This document shows, piece after piece, positions 57,601 to 64,000 of a stretch of DNA of 64,000 nt (positions within the stretch are counted from its first letter, which is position 1; each line of letters begins with the position of its first letter). The notes below the pieces were generated by a model. That model was not told where the DNA came from. It made no database searches and saw only the letters and a list, made by a program, of their open reading frames with translations. Source of the DNA: Blastocystis sp. Blastoise (taxonomy: Eukaryota; Protista; Bigyra: Opalinata); the NCBI GenBank assembly GCA_039096225.1, contig JBBPEB010000023.1, positions 62,001 to 126,000 on the forward strand, written 5' to 3'. The position numbers and the translations under genes were made by a program.

Positions 57601-60600
57601 TAAATCAATAGATTCTACTATCCATGAGTAAGGAGTTTGATCTATTTGATCTGAGCGTACTATACAGTATTTATTTATATATTTAAATCCATCATGATCT
57701 TCAAATGTTAATTTTGGATCTAATGTAGGAAAACTTGAATGACTAAAATACATATATGTAATAGGATCGAGATCAAATAAATAATCAGTAATCCCATGTT
57801 CCTTTGAAAATTCAACATAAGTAAGATAATTATAAGACATAGGGAATTGAATTATCTATAATCATAATAAGAGATACATAGAATGATATATCTTCAGTAT
57901 GTTGAGAATCAAACATTAATATAGATATAGTAATAGTAGGTTGATTATCAAAGAAACTTAATGGACCTATTATACTTCTTTTAATAAATTCAGTTATTAA
58001 ATGACTGTTTTCATATCCATCTTTAAAATTATATGTAGCCATTTCATGTTTATTTATATAAATTTTAGAATTGAATATTGTTTTTAGATGTAATAGAAAA
58101 TATTTTTGATTATTAATAGAAGGAGTTACAATAGTTTTACGGAATACAAAGTAACGATCTGATTCATCTTGAACAATACCATTTTCACAATTTATTGTTC
58201 TCCATTTAGCATCATTAACTGACGATCCAAACCATAAAAATGGTAAATTAGAATACGTATTATATTTCCATTCAGACTTCGATGGCACAGAAACATCAGT
58301 ATTGACATAATAAAGATTATTATCTACATCTATTAAATACATTTTTGCTACAGTCATAATGAAATCCGCCTCATCATCAATAATAGATACTGTCATATAA
58401 GAACCAGGAGACCAACTAGAAACTACGCGAGATGCTAAGTTAAATGACCATTTTCCAGAAGGACCATAATAATCATAAGTGTTCTCCAGAAAAGAATCTT
58501 GTTCTAAAGTAGCAACAGTATTTCCATCTTCTGTTTTAATAACAATATATTCTCCATTGTCATTATTTTTTGTTACTCTATTAACTTGGATATGTACTTG
58601 TGATGTTTCTAACTTTCTAGGTTTAATATCCATAGGAGATGAAGAGCATAATGGTAATGTAAAAGTAGGAATATAAAGAAGTTGAATATAAGAAATATCA
58701 AAAGAAGTATCTGAAGATATATCAAATCTATAGTATTTAAATTGATTATTATTTAAGGATAGTTTACTTATAGTAGTAATATTCAATTGATTATTAACAT
58801 CTAATATGCTCCATCTTTGTTTTATATTATTATAACCATAGACTTTCACTGATTTAGGATAATTATTATTAGAAAAAAGTACTTTATATCCATTTATAGA
58901 AGAAGAAGAAACATTAGAAATATAGAATGAAGCTGAATGATCCTTGAAAGTAATCGATTTTATATTGTTTTGTTTAAAGAGAGAGTTACAATCCATTTCA
59001 GAGAGAGAAGAAAGAGTATTACAGCGAATAGAAAGAGGAGATAAAACATCTACAAAATCTATATATATATATATAATAAAACTAATTAATATTGATTATT
59101 TATGATAAAAATAATTAGATTTTATTAAAAAATAGTTCGTTTTTAAAATATATAAATACTAATATCATGTGTAATATAGCTGAAGACATTAAAAGAAGAA
59201 AGAAGTTCAGGATGATCTTTAGTAGTATGTAATTCAATAGCTATTTTTAATGTAGTAAGAGAAGTACAAGCATCAAATATCTCTCTAGGAACAAGAACTC
59301 TATATAAATATATATTTATAAAAGAGTAAAAAATCATATAAATTTATAATAAACATATATACTGTTTATAAGAGTAAATAATTATATACATTTATAATAA
59401 ATATATATACTGTTTATAAGAGTAAATAATTATATACATTTATAATAAATATATATACTGTTTATAAGAGTAAATAATTATATAAATTTATAATAAATAT
59501 ATATACTGTTTATAAGTAGGAATGTTTTCAATAGATTGAGAAGGAACAGTAGATTCAATGTCAGAGAAACTATAGAAGTAAAAATATATTATTAATAAAA
59601 ATAAATAAATGATATATAGATAACATACTCAGGTAATAAATAAGTATACACTTGAATTCCATTAACATAAACAATAAATCCACTTTGACTTTGAATAGAT
59701 AATTGAAGAACAGCAAAAGAATTATCTACAATTATATCCTTTCTAAAATAAGTAGTAATTCCAGCATTCTTGATTTCTTTATTGTTATAGTCTTCACCCC
59801 ATTCTTCTAACTTACTTTCCTTCCAAGAAGCCGTATCAACAGCAGTGGAATATTTCCAGTTATTATTTGAATCAAGAAGAGAAGATACTATATAATATAT
59901 TATTATATAATAATATATAAAAATATATACAATTAAATTTAATGCTTTTCTTTCCATTATCAGCTTCAGCTACACGAGAATTTACGATAATAATCTGATT
60001 AAACATCAACGTAACATAAGAATCTTTAGCCCAAGAAGCAGAATTCCTAGAGTAATAATAAATAAGATAAAAAATAAGATAATAAAACAGATAATAAAAA
60101 AGTTAATAAAAAAGATAATACATACATTTAAAAGCCAACAAAATAATAAATAATATAATAAATAAGATAATAAATAAGATAATAAATAAGATAATAAATA
60201 AGATAATAAATAAGATAATAAAAAAAATAAATAATAATAATAAATAGCCAAAAAAAACTCTTCAAAAAAAATAATAAATAAAAAAAAATACTTTGAAGAC
60301 AATTCAAGGATATAATCTGTATTCTTATTTAAGCAGGCCTTATAAGACACCATGGAATCATATTCAGAAGAAGATTCATCAAAGAAAACAACATCATTTC
60401 TTAAAAACGATTGCTCAAGATTTGTAAGTTTCACAATTTCTCCATGATTTCGTGCATAGTTTCTTTGAACCTTAATCTCATATTCAGTAGAAGAGCAAGC
60501 ATGAGCGACTAAAAAGAGAAAATAAAATTGGCATTTAATTTTGAAAACATGACTAACAATAATATACCGAAGAGCCACATCACAAATACGAGTACTCTTA

Positions 60601-60613
60601 GAGAATTCCTCAT
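53511..60613 (-). CDS. Large secreted/surface mosaic protein (jelly-roll carbohydrate-binding-like repeats, putative Ig domains, HRM-like and Cys-rich repeats) with one frameshift at ~57842
   Basis: Signal peptide MRNSLRVLVFVMWLFVAHA. YFRKDI..GFIVYVNG and GIVAYINGVQIFQKNMP..GDNIIAIEIHK jelly-roll modules. NGLSIDPNTGLISG and LPDGISIDLDSQRLYGIPT putative Ig modules. WPRTES..CPTGYSGSVKRYC repeats and a duplicated CTGTTY..CVNGII..CTPC block. ORFs 57830..58996 and 54550..57840 overlap out of frame. Confidence 0.8.
59340..59517 (-). repeat. 48-bp tandem repeat (~3.7 units) duplicating an exon/intron junction
   Basis: ACTGTTTATAAG recurs at 59361, 59409, 59457 and 59505. On the minus strand each unit contains CTTATAAACA|GTATAT. 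Confidence 0.9.
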
Positions 60614-60867
60614 TTTAATTTTGTATTTATTATTTAAAAAAGTTTAAAATAAATATGGAATCTACAGCGAATATAGAAATCTAACAGGAGATAATTTATA
60701 TCCATCTGTATAGGTATTCATTATTAACAAGATTATATATAAATATCATAAAACAAATAGAGAGAATAGGGTTAAAAGCCTTGAATTACTGTACATATTT
60801 CCCTAATCTTTCCTACTATGACGCATCCAAGAAATTGACTTACTCCGCCGCAATGTCTCCCGTAACA

Positions 60868-61896
60868 AGTCATTTTCCAAAAACCCATGAAAAAATTTCA
60901 CGGGTTTTGAAACCCGTGAAAGAAATTCACGGGTTTTTGTAAATTGAATTCAAACTTCTTTCACAGGTTTCAAAATACATGAAAGATTTTATAGCATATT
61001 AACCTGTTTATATTATATATATGATTAATTTGAATTGATATTTATATATTAAAATCGTTGCTATACTCATGTATATGATTTCTATTATATACATATCAAA
61101 TTTTATACTAAATGGGCTCATTTCATGCCCTTGTACTAATGTGTTCTACAATTTATCACCACAGCAATTTAAATAAATATTTTTATACTTATAAAAGAGT
61201 TAAAAGAGTAAGATTTATGTTTATAATTAATTTGTTCAAAATACTATTGACTTTTTAACCAAATACATGTTCATTATTTTTTAAGTGCTTATTATATGTA
61301 TAACATATTGAAGAATTAATAATAATAATATTATTTGTGAGAACATTTTATCATATTCAAAATATTTGATGAAAAACTATTATATTACTTACTTTATATT
61401 TAGAGCACTTATTACATATTGAATGGAACACTTTTCATTGTTCTATAAAAGAATAATTGTCTAAAGACAATAATTGAAGATCTAATAATTAGTTATATTT
61501 CTTCATGTTTGACTAGATATTTATATGTATAGCATGGAAATATTTATACTATTGAATAATATTCAACTTCATGTGAATCTGATCCAATTTATATTATAGA
61601 AACAGAATCAACACCATATCTGCATATTTAACTATTGCTTCTGAATTTAGTACATGTAAACTCATGGATTTAAAAGCTTTGTTCACGAAGAAAAACAGAT
61701 TAATTAATCAAAAACTTATTTTTATCAAAATATTCTTCTTTAATATGAAACTTCAATGTATTTATTTATAATAAAAAACATTTTAGTTGTTTATAACTTA
61801 TGTAAAGAGAGATATATAACAAAATAAAAACCGTTGAAAAAAAAACATAAGTTTAAAACCCGTTAAAAAATTTCACTGGGTTTTTGGAAAATGACT
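60868..61896. mobile_element. ~1.03 kb non-autonomous DNA transposon/MITE-like element with terminal inverted repeats
   Basis: Perfect 20-bp TIR AGTCATTTTCCAAAAACCCA (60868-60887 and 61877-61896), extending imperfectly to ~45 bp. Subterminal palindromes AACCCGTGAA..TTCACGGGTT. No intact ORF and no clear TSD. Confidence 0.78.
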
Positions 61897-61899
61897 AGC

Positions 61900-62112
61900 T
61901 ATTGCCTATTTAGGGTAAGGAACCTACCCCAGAAGGTTTTCTACATACGCCTTAAGCCTCCAGAAGTACCTTTAAACCTGGCTCTTTTAAGGGATTTTTT
62001 TTACCCTAGCAGAGTCTTCATAGCAAACCCTACCAAAAAGTACCCATAAAACTGGCTCTTTTAGAAAAATTGTACTCCAAGAGAGTCTTCGTGGCGAACC
62101 CTGGAAAAAAGA
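61900..62112 (+). repeat. GC-rich 74-bp-period repeat (2 clear units + 1 degenerate), same family as 42611-42745
   Basis: AAGTACC at 61964 and 62038, CTGGCTCTTTTA at 61978 and 62052, AGAGTCTTC at 62011 and 62082. Confidence 0.85.
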
Positions 62113-62852
62113 CAAGTCTAAAATGGACCACCAAGGAGGTCCATCTGGATGGACTTCCATCTGCCTATATCTAGCATTCATTTAGAAATAATTATATATA
62201 ATATTTGAATATAATTAGGGTATATTGATACATTGGTTTCAAAAATAAAGATTTTGTGACATTGAATTATATGTTTTATAAAACAAAAATCAATGTTTTC
62301 TTTTTGTTACATCAAATTGAAGTGATAGATTAATTAGTAGAACTGGTGTCTACTCTTCTGTGTATAATAGATATCATTTTCTTCAACTTTACAACGAAAG
62401 AATTGGGACAAATCTAAAACCAAATACAATTATTTTGTTTAATAATCTATTCAGTATGCTATGCTATATAGAAAGTTATACTCAGAATACATGGAATACA
62501 TCAATACTTGATTTTCAACGATGATTTCATCCGTTATTCTCATTTCTTCTGTTTTTATTTTTATTTCGTGAATTATCCTATTCTATAATATATAAAGTAT
62601 TAAAATCAAATGTTTCAAGATTCTCAAAAATGATTCTTTTTCTTCCCTTTTTAAATGAAGAAATTTCATCCAGTTTATGGTTTTCTTATTTTTGTTTTCT
62701 TCACTTTAGTTCCTTTTTTTCATTTCATCCTAACTTGAAACTATTATTTTTATGGATTTGGATCTATTTCTCTATTCAGAATTAACTTTGCTCTTTAATA
62801 CAAATTGATAAATCTACGATTTCTCCAGTTTGTTCATCTGATCATCTACTTT

Positions 62853-64000
62853 ATGAATCCATATATTAAGTCCAACTCTTATGCATACGATACATTTACT
62901 GATATATATCCTGTATTTAATTTTAATATGCTAATATTCTTTTGTTAAAAAGTAGTTTTTCGATTCTCTTGTAGGAGATGATTCTTATGATAAACTTTAT
63001 TCTGGTCAATACGGATCAAATTGTGATCACAATTATTTTGCGCAACTATATCCATCTAATAGTTCTCCATTTCTAAGTCAGTCGTTGTCTACACAATATG
63101 ATTACTATAGTGGAAATTCTTTAAGCTCATTTCCTAAATCATTTAATGTATATTTTTTATACATTATTATTTCACATTTACAATTAAAAAAGATATTTAT
63201 GTTTATATATTAAATCCATATAGGAAATGACTAATTCTAATTATTTATATACAAATAATGATTCAACAAATATTATTATGTCTAAAGACCAAAGTCATGA
63301 AAAATCATTATCCAATTCAATTAGTCATTCATTCTCGGATATACCATCATTACTCTCTTCAAAATCTTTATGGAAATCAAAATATCAAGTTGTATGTATT
63401 GTTTTTTATTATTATATTTTTATTTTATTATATTATTATATGCTTATTTTATTATATTATTATATTTTTATTTTATTATATTATTATATTTTTATTTTAT
63501 TATATTATTATATTTATTATATATTATGTTTATTATTATATCAATATAAATATTATAGGATCCTTATTCTACTCGTCATTCAACACCACCCTATATAAAA
63601 CAAAAAATAACGAAACATAAATCAACAGATATAATTATGCCATTATTTAATTTTAATCAAGAGCAATCTTCCTATAATGAAGTAGATATATATATATTTA
63701 TTTTTAAATTATTATTATATCATTATATTATTATCATTAAATAATATATATATAGAATATATATTATGTGGTAGAATTTAAACATAGTTCGAATGAATAC
63801 AGAGGACCAATTAGTAATATAGATATACATATAGGTGATTATGTATATATATATGGAGATAGAGGTATTAATATAGGACATGTCATTGCTTCTAAAGAAA
63901 TGTATGATAATGACAAAAAGATTCGAGATATCATTTTGAATAAAGTTGAAAAGAATCAATATTATTTAATAGAAAAACAAAGAGAAGATGAAAAGAAAGC
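62853..64000 (+). CDS. PSP1/RicT-domain protein, multi-exon, 3' end outside the window
   Basis: Ser/Tyr-rich spliced N-terminus. The final visible exon reads YYVVEFKHS..IHIGDYVYIYGDRGINIGHV..LIEKQREDEKK, matching the region that leads into the PSP1 C-terminal domain (YxVEFK..GDxVxVEADRGxDLGxV). Confidence 0.72.

Noticed and set aside
60300-60316. Additional U12 donor-like ATATCCT matches (also 16870, 45541, 62906)
   Set aside because: They lie inside open exons or on the non-coding strand, and neighbouring GT-AG introns already keep frame.
61960-62110. CRISPR-like array or protein-coding repeat
   Set aside because: The units are similar along their whole length with no unique spacers, there are no cas genes, and the 74-bp period breaks frame.

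Overview
A very AT-rich, gene-dense, intron-rich eukaryotic window read in the standard code. Introns are mostly GTATAT...TATAG; some are only ~29-40 nt and others are inflated by (TA)n/(AAT)n microsatellites. The gene content and tiny introns suggest an anaerobic stramenopile gut protist such as an AT-rich Blastocystis lineage (inference only). About 17 protein genes were reconstructed by hand across introns: a BEACH/WD40 protein (partial), a fucosyltransferase-like GT, NPRL3, glucosidase II beta, a NELF-B/COBRA1 homologue with an inserted bromodomain, an intronless bacterial-type MATE, a split small ORF pair, an intron-containing rifampin-phosphotransferase-like enzyme, a spastin-like AAA ATPase, a GCFC-domain protein, CENP-H-like, GCN5, SFT2, FCP1, a BTB/LRR-like protein, a large frameshifted secreted mosaic protein and a PSP1-domain protein (partial). 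Best leads: (1) the RPH-like gene beside a MepA-like MATE; (2) a heptamer CRCGGGA strongly over-represented in exons on both strands and in all frames; (3) the NELF-B-bromodomain chimera; (4) a U12 AT-AC intron; (5) a dispersed 74-bp-period GC-rich repeat upstream of two unrelated genes; (6) a ~1 kb TIR element. Family assignments come from remembered motifs, not database searches, and exon boundaries are manual.
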